Source of the DNA: a bacterium
GTDB taxonomy: Bacteria; JADJOY01
DNA: 64,000 nt
Assembly: GCA_046331705.1 (NCBI GenBank)
Contig: JAXLQJ010000010.1
Coordinates: 124,001-188,000 of the forward strand
Direction: 5' to 3'
Position numbers and translations under genes: made by a program. Positions 34,525-45,283 of this stretch are shown piece after piece (within the stretch, counting starts at the first letter, position 1; each line of letters starts with the position of its first letter). The notes beneath the pieces are model-generated. The model worked only from the letters and a program-made list of their open reading frames with translations, searched no databases and had not been told where the DNA came from.

Positions 34525-35126
34525 GCGCGTCGCACGAGCGAGCGGCGCAAGGCGAGCCGCCACGGCGCCCGCGGCTCGCGCTCTCCGGTTCGGCCGGCAC
34601 CGGCAAGACGACGCTGGCGCGGGCGCTCGCGACGCGTCTCGGGTTGCCGTACGTCCCCGAAGGCATGCGCACCCGCATCGAGCGCGGTCTCGAGCTGCAC
34701 ACGCTCGATCTCGCCGAGCTCGGCGATCTGGTCATCGAGCTCTGGGAAGAGCAGCGTCAGCTCGAGCACCAGGCCATTCGCGCCGCCGGCGGCTTCGTCG
34801 CCGATCGCTCGCCGGTCGACTTCTTCGCCTTCTGGCTGCTCTATCGCTGTGGCCCGCGCGCCCGCACCGAAGCCTTCCACCGCGAGACGCTCCGCGACGC
34901 CGGGCACCTCGATCGGATCGTGGTGCTGCCGTGGGGAGCGCTGCCGCTGATCGACGACGGCGTTCGCACTCCGGATACGTGGCGCCAGCGCCACTACCAA
35001 GCGCTGCTCGAAGGTCTGCTCTTCCGCGAGGTGCCGCCCGAGCAGCTCCTCTGGCTGGACGGCTCGGCGAGCGTCGAGGAACGGGCGGACGCGGTGATGC
35101 AGGCCGTCGCGACGCCCGCGCGCTGA
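34521..35126 (+). CDS. AAA_28 (NadR/Ttd14-like) P-loop nucleotide kinase
   Basis: GSAGTGKTT, FVADRSPVD, DDGVR; GTGA overlap with the upstream gene. Confidence 0.75.
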   Translation: MSASHERAAQGEPPRRPRLALSGSAGTGKTTLARALATRLGLPYVPEGMRTRIERGLELHTLDLAELGDLVIELWEEQRQLEHQAIRAAGGFVADRSPVDFFAFWLLYRCGPRARTEAFHRETLRDAGHLDRIVVLPWGALPLIDDGVRTPDTWRQRHYQALLEGLLFREVPPEQLLWLDGSASVEERADAVMQAVATPAR

Positions 35127-35144
35127 GCCTTCGCTCGGCGAACC

Positions 35145-35537
35145 TCAGGGAACCAGGCGCGTGCCGGTCACCGGCACGACCACCGGCAGCGGGATGTACC
35201 AGAACACGATGCCGGAGAGCTTGTTCCCGATCACCGCGGCGACCAGATAACCGCTCTGGTACGGGATGTTGGGCGGCGGTCCCTGGGCCAGCCAGGTGAT
35301 TCCGCCGATCGCCGCGTTGCGCGCAGTGCCGCCGAAATAGGCGTACTGGCCGCTGGTGGTGCTCCCCTCGACGCTGGCGCCGTCCTGGCGGAGCTGCCAC
35401 ACGCCGCCCGGCGACGGATAGCTGAGCGCCCACAGCCCGGCGGCGTTCACCACCGCGCTGGCGGGTCGCGCCGCCAGCGCGAGCAGCGCGGCCAAGGCCA
35501 AGACCGGAACGACCCGTCGTGCACGCAACGCCGTCAT
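35145..35537 (-). CDS. Small secreted hypothetical protein
   Basis: GGAGG RBS; signal peptide ending PASA; beta-rich mature part. Confidence 0.55.
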   Translation of the reverse strand: MTALRARRVVPVLALAALLALAARPASAVVNAAGLWALSYPSPGGVWQLRQDGASVEGSTTSGQYAYFGGTARNAAIGGITWLAQGPPPNIPYQSGYLVAAVIGNKLSGIVFWYIPLPVVVPVTGTRLVP

Positions 35538-35815
35538 CGTCGACCTCCGCGTATCCGGGGGGATCCAGAGCCTCGCAGTTCCGATGCTAGCGACGTCGCG
35601 GCGCGCCGGGCAATGGCCTCTCGTACGATCGCCCGTTCGCGTCGGCTCGCGCCCGCGGGCGTCCTGACGAGCGTGTAACGGAGCGCCGCTCTCGTCGCAC
35701 CATGGGCCAGAGCTCGGTTCCCAGGGCCGGTGGCGGCAGGCGCCGCGACCGGCCCTCTCCTCCAATCGCTCCCCGGCCGCACCCCGCGCCGACGGGCGGT
35801 CGCGAAAGCGCTGGC

Positions 35816-37582
35816 ATGCCCTCGAGCCCCACACCGGAACGTCTTGCAGCGACGGCAGCGCGCGGTCTCCATCGGCTGGTGCGGCGCGGTGCGATCGGCG
35901 CGCTCGCCGGTCTCGCGGGTGCGATTCCGCTCGCGGCGAGCCAGGAGCATTCGGCGCTCGTGCTGGTGCTCGGGGTGGTGCTGGGTGCGCTCTATCTGGC
36001 CGCCGTGCGTCCCACGCCCCGCGCCTACGTGGACAGCGCGATGACGGCCGCCGCGCTGGGAGTGCCGCTCTGGGCGCTGCTCAGCGTCGTGATCGAGCCG
36101 CTGCTGCTCGGTGACGCGGTGCGGTGGACGCCGTACGAGATGCGCGAGCTCTTTCCGCAGCTGGCGGCGTGGGTGCTCTATGGCGCGGTGCTCGGCCTCG
36201 TCGGCCAAGCGCTCTCCGACCTGGCGCTCGAGCTCTTGGGCCCCGAGCGCGCCGCCGCGGCACCGCCGGCCAGCGCTCCCACCCGAATCGTGATCCTGGG
36301 AGGCGGTTTCGCCGGCATGACCACCGCGCAGGCGCTCGAGCACGCCGTGGGCGCCGATGCGCGCTTCGAGATCACGTTGGTGAGCGAGACCAACGCGCTG
36401 CTCTTCACGCCGATGCTCGCGGAGGTGGCGGGATCGAGCCTGGAGCCGACGCACATCTCGAGCCCGCTGCGCACCAGCTTACGGCGCACGAACGTGGTGC
36501 GGGCACGAGTCGTCGGCATCGATCTCGACGGCAAGCGCGTGACGCTCGCGCGCGACGAGCACGTGCCCGGTAGCGACGAGCGCGCCGCGTCCACGTTCAC
36601 CCTCGAGTACGACCAGCTGGTGCTGGCGCTGGGCGCCGTGTCCAACTACCTGGGCATGCAGAACGTCGAGCGGCTCGCGTTCGACTTCAAGTCGCTGGTC
36701 GACGCCATCCAGATCCGGAACCACGCGATCGACATGCTGGAAGCGGCGTCGCGCGAGCCAAACGCGGCGCGCCGCCGCGAGATGCTCACCTTCGTGGTGG
36801 CCGGCGGCGGCTTCGCCGGCGTCGAGCTCGCGGGCGCGCTCAACGACTTCTGCCGTGGCGTGCTCGCCGACTATCCGTCGCTCTCGCAGGACGAGCTGAG
36901 CATCGTCCTGGTGCACTCGCGGAATCGAATCCTGCCGGAGCTCTCCGAGCCGCTCGCCAGGTACGCGCTCGAGCGCATGGCGGCCCGCGGAGTCACGTTC
37001 AAGCTCGAGAAGCGGCTGGCGGACGCGCGCCCCGGTGTCGTGGTGCTCAACCCGGCGGAGGAGGTTCCCGCCTGGACGCTGGTGTGGACGGCTGGCACCG
37101 CGCCGAACCCGGTGCTCGAGACGCTGCCGCTCGAACGCGACAAGCGCGGCGCGGTCGTCGTGGATTCCACGATGGCGGTGAAGGGGCGCCCCGGCGTGTG
37201 GGCGCTCGGCGATTGCGCGGCGCTGGCGGACGGCAAGAGCGGCAAGCCGTGCCCGCCCACCGCGCAGTTCGCGCTGCGCGAGGCACGCCGGTTGGCGACC
37301 AACATCGTGAGCGCGGTGCGCGGCGAGGCGCCCAAGCCCTTCCACTTCGACTCGCTGGGCGCGCTCTGCGTCGTGGGTCACCACACCGCGTGCGCGGAGC
37401 TCACGGTGCCGTTCTTCCGCGACAAGACCGTGCGCTTCTCGGGACTGCTCGCGTGGTTGATGTGGCGCGCGATCTACGTCGGCAAGCTGCCGGGGTTGGA
37501 GCGCAAGGTGCGGGTGGTCTTCGACTGGATCATCGAGCTCTTCTTCCCGCGCGACATCGTGCAGACGATCGACCTGCGCTGA
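35816..37582 (+). CDS. NDH-2-type NAD(P)/FAD oxidoreductase with N-terminal membrane domain
   Basis: [49 protein letters not shown]. Confidence 0.88.
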   Translation: MPSSPTPERLAATAARGLHRLVRRGAIGALAGLAGAIPLAASQEHSALVLVLGVVLGALYLAAVRPTPRAYVDSAMTAAALGVPLWALLSVVIEPLLLGDAVRWTPYEMRELFPQLAAWVLYGAVLGLVGQALSDLALELLGPERAAAAPPASAPTRIVILGGGFAGMTTAQALEHAVGADARFEITLVSETNALLFTPMLAEVAGSSLEPTHISSPLRTSLRRTNVVRARVVGIDLDGKRVTLARDEHVPGSDERAASTFTLEYDQLVLALGAVSNYLGMQNVERLAFDFKSLVDAIQIRNHAIDMLEAASREPNAARRREMLTFVVAGGGFAGVELAGALNDFCRGVLADYPSLSQDELSIVLVHSRNRILPELSEPLARYALERMAARGVTFKLEKRLADARPGVVVLNPAEEVPAWTLVWTAGTAPNPVLETLPLERDKRGAVVVDSTMAVKGRPGVWALGDCAALADGKSGKPCPPTAQFALREARRLATNIVSAVRGEAPKPFHFDSLGALCVVGHHTACAELTVPFFRDKTVRFSGLLAWLMWRAIYVGKLPGLERKVRVVFDWIIELFFPRDIVQTIDLR

Positions 37583-37586
37583 GGGG

Positions 37587-39026
37587 ATGCCCATGAACGG
37601 CAGCGGATTCTCGGCCGGCGCCGAGCGGCGGGTGATGGTGCTGGTGGGCGGATTGGTCGGCGCGCTGGGCGGCTGGGTGTACGCGCGGATGGTCGGTCGT
37701 ACCGATGCGGAAGGCGTCGCCACCGGCGCGATCTACGGTGTCGGGCTCGCGGCCCTGGGTGGCGATCGCCTCGCGAGCCCGGGCGCCGGGCTGGTGTGGG
37801 GGCTCGGCTACGCGTTCCTGCTGTGGGTCGCGTGGCCGGCGGGCTGGATGGCGCTTCGCGAGGGGCACGGCTCCGAGCTCTGCACGGTGGACTCGGCGCG
37901 CGCGCACTTTCCCGATCTGGTGGCGTACGTGCTCTGTTTCGGCCTACCGCTCGGAGTGTCGCTGGGCACGGCGAGCACGCTTCGTCCCACGCCGGGTGCT
38001 GCGCCGTTCAGCGTGTGGCGCGGCGTGTGGGTGGGCGGCGGCGCGGGCTGGATCGGCGGCTGGCTCTTCGGGCGAGCGATGGAGCGCGTCGATTTCCTGC
38101 CGCTCGTCGCCGGCGTGATCGGCAAGGACGATCCCGAGATGCTCGGGACACTCTTGCACGTGGTGTTCGCGTTCGGGATCGGCGCCGGCTTCGGGCTGCT
38201 CTTCCAGCGTGACGTGCGCGGCTTCGGCTCCAACCTAGGCTGGGGAGTCGCCTACGGGATGCTGTGGTGGTTCCTGGGGCCGCTCACGATCTTGCCGCTC
38301 GCCAGCGGCGAGCCGCTCGATTGGTCGAGCGAGGCGGGCTCGCTCTACTTCGGCTCGTTCGTCGGTCACGTCATGTACGGCCTCGTGATCGGGCTCACCT
38401 ATGCCGTGATCGATCGGTTGTGGGTGTGGTTCTTCACCGAGTCCGATCCCATCCATCGCGAGCCGGAAGGGTTGGGCTCGCGCTATCTGAGCGCGCTCAG
38501 CAACGGCTCGCTGGCCGGCCTCGTCGGCGGCCTCGCGACGGTGGCGCTGGTGCCCGCCAGCGGGCTCGCGCCCAAGCTCGCCATGGTGATCGGCTCGAGC
38601 TCGGTGGCGCTCGGCATCGCGGTGCACCTCGCCAGCTCGACGCTCATCGGCGCGAGCTTCGGCGTGCTCTTCCAGTACGAGGCGCCGAGCGTCAACGCCG
38701 CGGTGGTGTGGGGGCTGCTCTACGGGTTGATCTGGTGGTTCGCCGGCCCGCTCACGCTGGTGCCGGTGATCGGCGAAGGGCATCCCACGTGGAGCACCGC
38801 GCAGGCGGCGGCCAGCCTGCCGGCGCTGGTGCTGCACCTGGGCTACGGCGCCGTGATGGCGCTCGTGCACCAGCTTCTCGAGCGCCGGCACGTCGCGTGG
38901 TTGCGCGTCGACCCGCGCGTGGCCGCGCGGGAGGCGCGGCGCATCCGTCCGCTCGGCACGCCGGCCCCCGCGCTCTGGCTCTTCGCGCTCGGTCTCGGCG
39001 TCGTGCTGCCAGTGCTGCTGCCGTAG
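37587..39026 (+). CDS. Polytopic membrane protein with internal repeats
   Basis: Repeated WG..YG..WW..GPLT..P and H..YG motifs; 4 bp after the NDH-2 stop. Confidence 0.7.
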   Translation: MPMNGSGFSAGAERRVMVLVGGLVGALGGWVYARMVGRTDAEGVATGAIYGVGLAALGGDRLASPGAGLVWGLGYAFLLWVAWPAGWMALREGHGSELCTVDSARAHFPDLVAYVLCFGLPLGVSLGTASTLRPTPGAAPFSVWRGVWVGGGAGWIGGWLFGRAMERVDFLPLVAGVIGKDDPEMLGTLLHVVFAFGIGAGFGLLFQRDVRGFGSNLGWGVAYGMLWWFLGPLTILPLASGEPLDWSSEAGSLYFGSFVGHVMYGLVIGLTYAVIDRLWVWFFTESDPIHREPEGLGSRYLSALSNGSLAGLVGGLATVALVPASGLAPKLAMVIGSSSVALGIAVHLASSTLIGASFGVLFQYEAPSVNAAVVWGLLYGLIWWFAGPLTLVPVIGEGHPTWSTAQAAASLPALVLHLGYGAVMALVHQLLERRHVAWLRVDPRVAAREARRIRPLGTPAPALWLFALGLGVVLPVLLP

Positions 39027-39078
39027 CCGGGTTCGCGCGGGCGCACCGCCGTGCCGGCGCCGGCCGGAAAGCCGTGCC

Positions 39079-40314
39079 TCAGATGTGGAAGGGCTCGGCG
39101 CCCGGCGGGACGATCACCGAGGGCACGATCTCCGAGCGTCGGCCGAATCGATCTTCCGCCTGGAGCACGATTCGCCAGCGGCCAGGCGTTGGGAAACGCA
39201 CGCGCGTCGCGCGGTGATCGCCGCCGAAGCGAAGCTCGACCTCGGGAGGCCGAGCGAAACCGGTGTGGTCCGGATCGCGGAACAACCCCACGACCATCCC
39301 CACCTCGTTGGCCGTCGGTCGGTTGCGCCACGAGAGCGGCATCTCGCGCGCGCCGCCAAGGGGATCCCATCCAATCTCGACCGGCGGTAGCGGGAGTAGA
39401 TCCGCGGTCGTCAGGCGCAGCGCCGCGGAGGCGCGCAACAGGCCCCATCCGAGCTCGTCGCTGAACACCGCACGACCCATCGCTGGCGGCTTGAACGCCG
39501 TCTGCGTGACGGCGCGCATCACGTCGAACGGTTGCCAGTCCGGGTGAGCCTCCAGAAGCAGCGCCACGGTGCCGGCGACCAGCGCCGTGGCCATCGACTG
39601 GCTGTCGGTGCCGAGCTGCCCGCAGGCGAGCAGCGTGAGCCCGGGACCGTATGACGCGACGTTGGTATGGGTGGCGACGTCGTATGCGCTCACGACGAGC
39701 GAGCATCCCGGTGGGGGATTTCCGATCGCCACGCGCTCGTTTGCCCCGTGCGCTTCCACCACGACGATGCCTGCGGCGACGGCGCGCTCGACGGCGTCCT
39801 TGCGCGCCAGCGCCCCAGCGTGCGGAACGGCGATCACCCGGACCGGGTTTCGCTGCACGTCGGTCAGGTCCCGAAGGGCCTGCGCGAGGTGACTGCGGTC
39901 GGCCGCCGGCGTCGTCGTCGCGTAGCGAATACGTGCGCGCGGGGCGACGCCCAGCGGCGGTGCGCCTGATGGCGCCCGCCCGGCGATGCAGCGCGCGGTC
40001 GCGTCGCCGTGGGTGGGAGGGGCGCTCAGCGGGTGGCGAATGGGGTCGACCCACGAGCCGGCGGCATCGAAGAACGGTGCGATCGCCGGGTGCGTGCCGC
40101 GGGCGACCGCCTGCCGATCGAAGTCGAGGTTGCCCGTTCCCCCGAGCTCGCCGTGGGTGTAGTCGATGCCGACCTCCTCGATCAGCCCGACGACGACGCC
40201 GTCACCACTCGGGCTCGGCCCAGGCGCGCCTCGCTGGATCTCGGCGAGCTGCTGATCGTCGAGCACGGCCCGGTTGGCACACGCGGGCTCGGGCTTCGGC
40301 TCGACGATGGTCAT
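39079..40314 (-). CDS. Divergent S8 peptidase-like protein
   Basis: VVVGLIEEVGIDYTHGEL, THGDATA, GIVVVEAHGAN, ASYGPGL, SQSMATALVAGTVALLLEAHPDW, LGWGLL. Confidence 0.6.
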   Translation of the reverse strand: MTIVEPKPEPACANRAVLDDQQLAEIQRGAPGPSPSGDGVVVGLIEEVGIDYTHGELGGTGNLDFDRQAVARGTHPAIAPFFDAAGSWVDPIRHPLSAPPTHGDATARCIAGRAPSGAPPLGVAPRARIRYATTTPAADRSHLAQALRDLTDVQRNPVRVIAVPHAGALARKDAVERAVAAGIVVVEAHGANERVAIGNPPPGCSLVVSAYDVATHTNVASYGPGLTLLACGQLGTDSQSMATALVAGTVALLLEAHPDWQPFDVMRAVTQTAFKPPAMGRAVFSDELGWGLLRASAALRLTTADLLPLPPVEIGWDPLGGAREMPLSWRNRPTANEVGMVVGLFRDPDHTGFARPPEVELRFGGDHRATRVRFPTPGRWRIVLQAEDRFGRRSEIVPSVIVPPGAEPFHI

Positions 40315-40452
40315 CGATCACTCCGGCGATTGGGCTCGTCACGACTGCGAGGAACGTCCGCGATCCGGCCCGCACGATCGCGAACGTCGTGAGTCGCCGG
40401 TTGTGGTAGAACCGGCTCCACAATCTAATCGGTCGGTGTCTGCGAGTAATCG

Positions 40453-41877
40453 ATGGGTCGAACGTCGCGCGCGAAGCGGCCTCGAGCGAGCCGTCGGGAC
40501 GTCTCCGGGCGGCTCGATGCGCTGTCGATCGCGCTCGCCGCGGGATGCGCGCTCGTCCTCCGTGCCGGCAGTGCGCAGGCGCAAGCCGGTCGCGTCGAAG
40601 TGGCGTCGAGCACGAGCCTCACGCCGGTGGGCGCCGGCGCCCGCGCCGTGGGTATCGGCTCGGCGTTCGTCGCCGTCGCCGACGATGCCACCGCGGCGTC
40701 TTGGAACCCGGCGGGCCTGGTTCAGCTCGAACGACCGGAGATCTCGGTCGTGGGAGTTGGTGTGCTCCAGAGCGTCGAGTTCGGTTCCCTCGACGCATCC
40801 GATGAGAGCGTGAGCCGCCTCGTCACCCAGAAGGCGGGGGACGCGACGGTCGCGCGGCTCGACTACGTGAGCGCGGCGCTGCCGGGCTCGTGGCGCGGCC
40901 GCAACGCCATCGTGTCGCTCAACTACCAAGAGATGCTCGCTTTCGATTACGCGCTGCGTGACACCCTCGACGAGCGCACCCTCGCCGGCGACGTCACTCA
41001 CAGCGAGCGCGCGCTCACCCAAGACGGCGCCGTCTACGCGGCGATCCCCGCGGTGGCCTTCGATCTTCTGCCGGAGCTCTCGCTCGGTGCGGCCTTCAAC
41101 TACTGGTTCGACGGTCTTGGCGCTCCGTACGCTTGGCGAAACACCAGCACGCTCTCGACCGTCGACCTCTCGGGAGTCGTCACCACCCGAACCCAGAGTC
41201 TCGAGTCCGTGCGATTCGAGCGCTTCCGCGGCGCCAACGCGACCTTCGGCGCGTTGTGGCGACCACTCGAGGCGCTGAGCGTGGGTGCGGTGCTCAAGCT
41301 GCCCTTTCACGCAACCAGCCGCCGCGTGCTGGACACGAACGTGCTCGTGACGAAGGAGCCGGGCGGCGTGACTCGGCTCGAGGGCGGCGGCAGCGCCAAA
41401 GTGGCGTTCCGCTTTCCCGAGGTGGTGGCCGGCGGCATCGCGCTACGGCCGTCGGACGCATGGTTGATCTCGGTGGACGCCACGTGGGTGGATTGGAGCT
41501 ACTTCCGGGTCTTCGACTCGGAAGGCGCGGCGTACCTGATCTCGGCAGACCCCGCCGGCACCGCGACGATCGACGCGGTGACGACGGTTCGCGCTGGGGT
41601 GGAGCGAACGCTGACGCTGCCGTCCGCCGTCTTGGCCCTGCGCGCCGGCGGTGCGTACGACCCCCAGCCGGCGCGCGGTGCGCCCGCCACGGTCGTGGTG
41701 GGCACCGCCGGCATCGGCTTGAGCCTGTCGCGACTGAGCGTCGATCTCGCATACGAAGGCCGCTTCGGCCGCGATGTCGGTGGCACGAGCCTGACGCGAA
41801 ACATCATCGGCGCACCCGATGCGGAAGTGGACCTCGCGCGACACAGCCTCTATCTCTCGCTCGTCTGTTACCTGTGA
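40453..41877 (+). CDS. OmpP1/FadL-family outer-membrane transporter
   Basis: GAGARAVGIGSAFVAVADDATAASWNPAGL; barrel-like strands. Confidence 0.75.
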   Translation: MGRTSRAKRPRASRRDVSGRLDALSIALAAGCALVLRAGSAQAQAGRVEVASSTSLTPVGAGARAVGIGSAFVAVADDATAASWNPAGLVQLERPEISVVGVGVLQSVEFGSLDASDESVSRLVTQKAGDATVARLDYVSAALPGSWRGRNAIVSLNYQEMLAFDYALRDTLDERTLAGDVTHSERALTQDGAVYAAIPAVAFDLLPELSLGAAFNYWFDGLGAPYAWRNTSTLSTVDLSGVVTTRTQSLESVRFERFRGANATFGALWRPLEALSVGAVLKLPFHATSRRVLDTNVLVTKEPGGVTRLEGGGSAKVAFRFPEVVAGGIALRPSDAWLISVDATWVDWSYFRVFDSEGAAYLISADPAGTATIDAVTTVRAGVERTLTLPSAVLALRAGGAYDPQPARGAPATVVVGTAGIGLSLSRLSVDLAYEGRFGRDVGGTSLTRNIIGAPDAEVDLARHSLYLSLVCYL

Positions 41878-41981
41878 CCCGAGATGGTGTCGCGGAACCG
41901 GACGAGCTTGCCCATGCCCTCGAAGCGGGGTGATCCGCGTCGCGGTACGCGCGCTCGCCCCGAAGCAAAAGGAGCGAGACC

Positions 41982-42902
41982 GTGAAACACCTGCGAGTCG
42001 TGGTCGTGATCGCGCTGCTCGTGAGCGCCGCCAGCGTCGTCCGTGCGCAACCGCTGGCGGGAACGGTGAAAGGCGTGATCAAGGTGGGGGCCGGCAATCT
42101 CGGGGACGGCAAGACGGTGACGTGCGTCGATACCAACTCGCCGCACCCGACGAGCACGGTGCCGTCGAATGGTGTGCCCGGCTCGGGCACGTATCAATGC
42201 GATGGAGTCGACAACGGCACCTACCAGCTGTCGGTCGACGGCAACCAGGCGGATCCGAGCGGAACGTGCGCCGCCGTGAACAACAACACCGTCACCTGCA
42301 ACGCGACGGTGGGCGGCACCTGCGGCAACCCGACGGTGAGCTTCACCACGGCGATGCTGCCCACCACGCTCGCGAGCTGCCTCGCGATGCGGAAGGGAAA
42401 GCGGCGGGCGCGACGCCGACCCACGGTCGCGCGCTCGCGGTCGCGGCTGGCTGCGGCGCTCCTCGCCGTGCTCGGATCGTCGGGGCTGGCCAGCTCCGCG
42501 CGCGCCGAGCTCTGCGACGGCAAGAGGTACAACCCGACGTTGATCGCCTACGCGGAGGCGTGGCGAGAGGGATCGCAGCTGAAGATCGACGGGCTCAAGG
42601 GCCTCATCGCCGATGGCTTCGAGCGCACCCACGGAGCGCAGCTCAAGTCGGTGCCGCAGAGCGCGGGCGACGCCTTCGACCGCGTGAGCGCGATCATCCG
42701 GTCGATGCGGGCGCATGGTGGCGTCACGCCCGAGAAGCTCGTCGTCACCGCCGGTGACTGCGGTGTCGACACCGGTTCGACCGCGACCGCGACGGTCAAG
42801 TGGTCGCTCGGCAGCACACCGAAGGAGAAGGGCGTCTCGACGCTCACGTTCGACATGACCTCCAATCCGCCGAAGCTCCTGAAGGAAGCCGTCCGCGAGT
42901 GA
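41982..42902 (+). CDS. Secreted Cys-containing hypothetical protein with an internal signal-like segment
   Basis: AGGAG RBS; N-terminal signal peptide; single open frame of 306 aa. Confidence 0.55.
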   Translation: MKHLRVVVVIALLVSAASVVRAQPLAGTVKGVIKVGAGNLGDGKTVTCVDTNSPHPTSTVPSNGVPGSGTYQCDGVDNGTYQLSVDGNQADPSGTCAAVNNNTVTCNATVGGTCGNPTVSFTTAMLPTTLASCLAMRKGKRRARRRPTVARSRSRLAAALLAVLGSSGLASSARAELCDGKRYNPTLIAYAEAWREGSQLKIDGLKGLIADGFERTHGAQLKSVPQSAGDAFDRVSAIIRSMRAHGGVTPEKLVVTAGDCGVDTGSTATATVKWSLGSTPKEKGVSTLTFDMTSNPPKLLKEAVRE

Positions 42903-43003
42903 GTTCTCGCTCCAGGGAGCGCCGCGGCCCGCGCCACGGCGCTCTGGTTAGTCCGTCGGGCCTGCGCTAGAACCTCTCGACGTTGGTCGTCGGGAGGGCA
43001 TCG

Positions 43004-43456
43004 ATGCGCATCGCGATTGGCTCGGATCACGCTGGTTTCGAGCTGAAGGAAGAGCTTCGCAAGCTGGTGGCGTCGCTGGGGCACGACGTGGACGACGTCG
43101 GCACGCACTCGACGGCCTCGTGCGATTACCCGGATTTCGCCGCGGCGGTGGGCGAGGCGGTGGCCGGCGGCAAGGCCGAGCGCGGGATCGTGCTGTGCGG
43201 CTCGGGTGTGGGAGCGTCGATCGTCGCGAACAAGGTGCGCGGCATCCGCGCCGGGATCTGCCACGACACGTACTCGGCGCACCAGGGAGTCGAGCACGAC
43301 GACATGAACGTGCTGGTGGTCGGCGCCCGGATCATCGGTGTCGAGGTCGCGAAGGAGATCGTGCGCTCGTTCCTGGGCGCAACGTACAGCAACGAGGAGC
43401 GCCACCAGCGCCGCCTCGCCAAGCTGTTGGCCGTCGAGTCTCGTTACGCGCGCTGA
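43004..43456 (+). CDS. rpiB: Ribose-5-phosphate isomerase B
   Basis: [36 protein letters not shown]. Confidence 0.95.
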   Translation: MRIAIGSDHAGFELKEELRKLVASLGHDVDDVGTHSTASCDYPDFAAAVGEAVAGGKAERGIVLCGSGVGASIVANKVRGIRAGICHDTYSAHQGVEHDDMNVLVVGARIIGVEVAKEIVRSFLGATYSNEERHQRRLAKLLAVESRYAR

Positions 43457-43466
43457 GGTAGCCGCC

Positions 43467-45197
43467 ATGTGGAAGCACGCCGTCGATCGTCTGCCGTCGA
43501 CCCTGCGCGACGCGGTTCGCGCGACCCTCGCCGATTGGGCGAGTCAGGACAACCGGAAGGTCCGCCGGTTGTGGGCGGGCGACGCGACGCTCTGGACCGG
43601 CGGCGACGAGGCGCGCTGGCTGGGCTGGCTCACGAGCGTCGATCGCCAGATCGAGAGCTTGCCCGCGCTGCGGGCGTTGGCGGCGGACGTGCGCGGCGCG
43701 GGGTTCGAGGCGGCGCTGCTGCTCGGGATGGGCGGCTCGAGCCTTGGCCCCGAGGTGCTCGCCGTCACCTTCGGTCGCCAGCCCGGCCACCCCGCCTTCC
43801 ACGTGCTCGACTCGACCGACCCGGCGCAGGTCGCCTCGTTCGAGCGTCAAGTGGGTTACGACCGCACGCTCTTCCTGGTCGCGAGCAAGTCGGGGTCCAC
43901 GCTCGAGCCGAACGTGTTGCACGCGTACTTCTTCGCGCGCGCCGTCGAGCGGCTCGGCGCCGCGGAGGCCGGACGGCGCTTCATCGCGGTCACGGACCCG
44001 GGCTCGAAGCTGGAAGCGGAAGCGAAGGCGAAAGGGTTCCGCCACATCGTCCACGGCGAGCCGGCGATCGGCGGGCGGTTCTCGGCGCTCTCGCCGTTCG
44101 GAACGGTGCCTGCCGCGGTGATGGGGCTCGACGTCGCCGACTTCCTGGCGCGGGCACGCGCGATGACGCGTGCCTGCGGACCCGACTTCGCCGCCGAGCA
44201 GAATCCCGGCGTGGTGCTGGGCGCGGTCCTCGGCTGCGCGGCGCGCGCCGGGCGCGACAAGCTCACGATCGTGAACTCGCCCGCGATCTTCGACCTGGGC
44301 GCCTGGCTCGAGCAGCTGGTCGCCGAGTCCACTGGCAAGAACGGCAAGGCCATCATCCCGGTGGATCTCGAGCCGCTCGCGGGCCCGGCGGGCTACGGCG
44401 ACGATCGGCTCTTCGTCTACGTGCGCCTCGCGAGCGATCCCGATGCGGCGCAGGACGCCGCCGTGGACGCGCTGGAAGCGGCGGGTCATCCGGTGGTTCG
44501 GCTGGCCATGCCCGCCAAGGCGGATCTCGGCGCCGAGTTCTTCCGCTGGGAGATCGCCACCGCGGTCGCCGGCGCCGTCATGGGCATTCATCCCTTCGAT
44601 CAGCCGGACGTCGAGGCCAGCAAGGTCGCGACGCGCGCGCTCACGTCGGCCTACGAGGAGTCGGGGACCTTGCCGTCCGAAGCGCCCGTGTTCGTCGACG
44701 GCGCGGTGCAGCTCTTCGCCGACACCGCCCACGTGCGCGCCGTCGCGGCGGCGGGCGGCGCGCCCGCCACGCTCGAAGGCTGGATCGGCGCTCACCTGGC
44801 GAGCGCGAAACGCGGGGACTACATTGCGCTGCTCGCGTACCTGGAGCGAAGCGAAGCGCACCAGCGCGCGATCGCGGCGATTCGGCGGCGCATCTTCGAG
44901 CACACTCGGGCGGCCACGTGCGTCGGCTTCGGTCCGCGCTTCCTGCACTCGACCGGTCAGGCCTACAAGGGCGGGCCGAACAGCGGCGTGTTCGTGCAGA
45001 TCACCTGTGACGATCCCGCGGACCTGGCCGTGCCCGGGCAGAAGTACACGTTCGGCGTCGTGAAGGCGGCCCAGGCGCGGGGCGATTTCCAGGTGCTGGC
45101 GGAGCGAGGACGGCGCGCGCTGCGCGTTCATCTCGGCGGCGACGTGGAAGCGGGCCTGGCGAGATTGGAACGGGCGGTGGCCGCGGCGCTGCGCTGA
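43467..45197 (+). CDS. pgi: Glucose-6-phosphate isomerase (type usually fused to transaldolase)
   Basis: [65 protein letters not shown]. Confidence 0.85.
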   Translation: MWKHAVDRLPSTLRDAVRATLADWASQDNRKVRRLWAGDATLWTGGDEARWLGWLTSVDRQIESLPALRALAADVRGAGFEAALLLGMGGSSLGPEVLAVTFGRQPGHPAFHVLDSTDPAQVASFERQVGYDRTLFLVASKSGSTLEPNVLHAYFFARAVERLGAAEAGRRFIAVTDPGSKLEAEAKAKGFRHIVHGEPAIGGRFSALSPFGTVPAAVMGLDVADFLARARAMTRACGPDFAAEQNPGVVLGAVLGCAARAGRDKLTIVNSPAIFDLGAWLEQLVAESTGKNGKAIIPVDLEPLAGPAGYGDDRLFVYVRLASDPDAAQDAAVDALEAAGHPVVRLAMPAKADLGAEFFRWEIATAVAGAVMGIHPFDQPDVEASKVATRALTSAYEESGTLPSEAPVFVDGAVQLFADTAHVRAVAAAGGAPATLEGWIGAHLASAKRGDYIALLAYLERSEAHQRAIAAIRRRIFEHTRAATCVGFGPRFLHSTGQAYKGGPNSGVFVQITCDDPADLAVPGQKYTFGVVKAAQARGDFQVLAERGRRALRVHLGGDVEAGLARLERAVAAALR

Positions 45198-45283
45198 GCG
45201 GCCGGCACCGAGGCGAGCGTACGGCGTCGCCTCGCGCGCCTCCCAGCGACGATCCGAGCGACTCTCCAGCAGACGAGGCGCAC

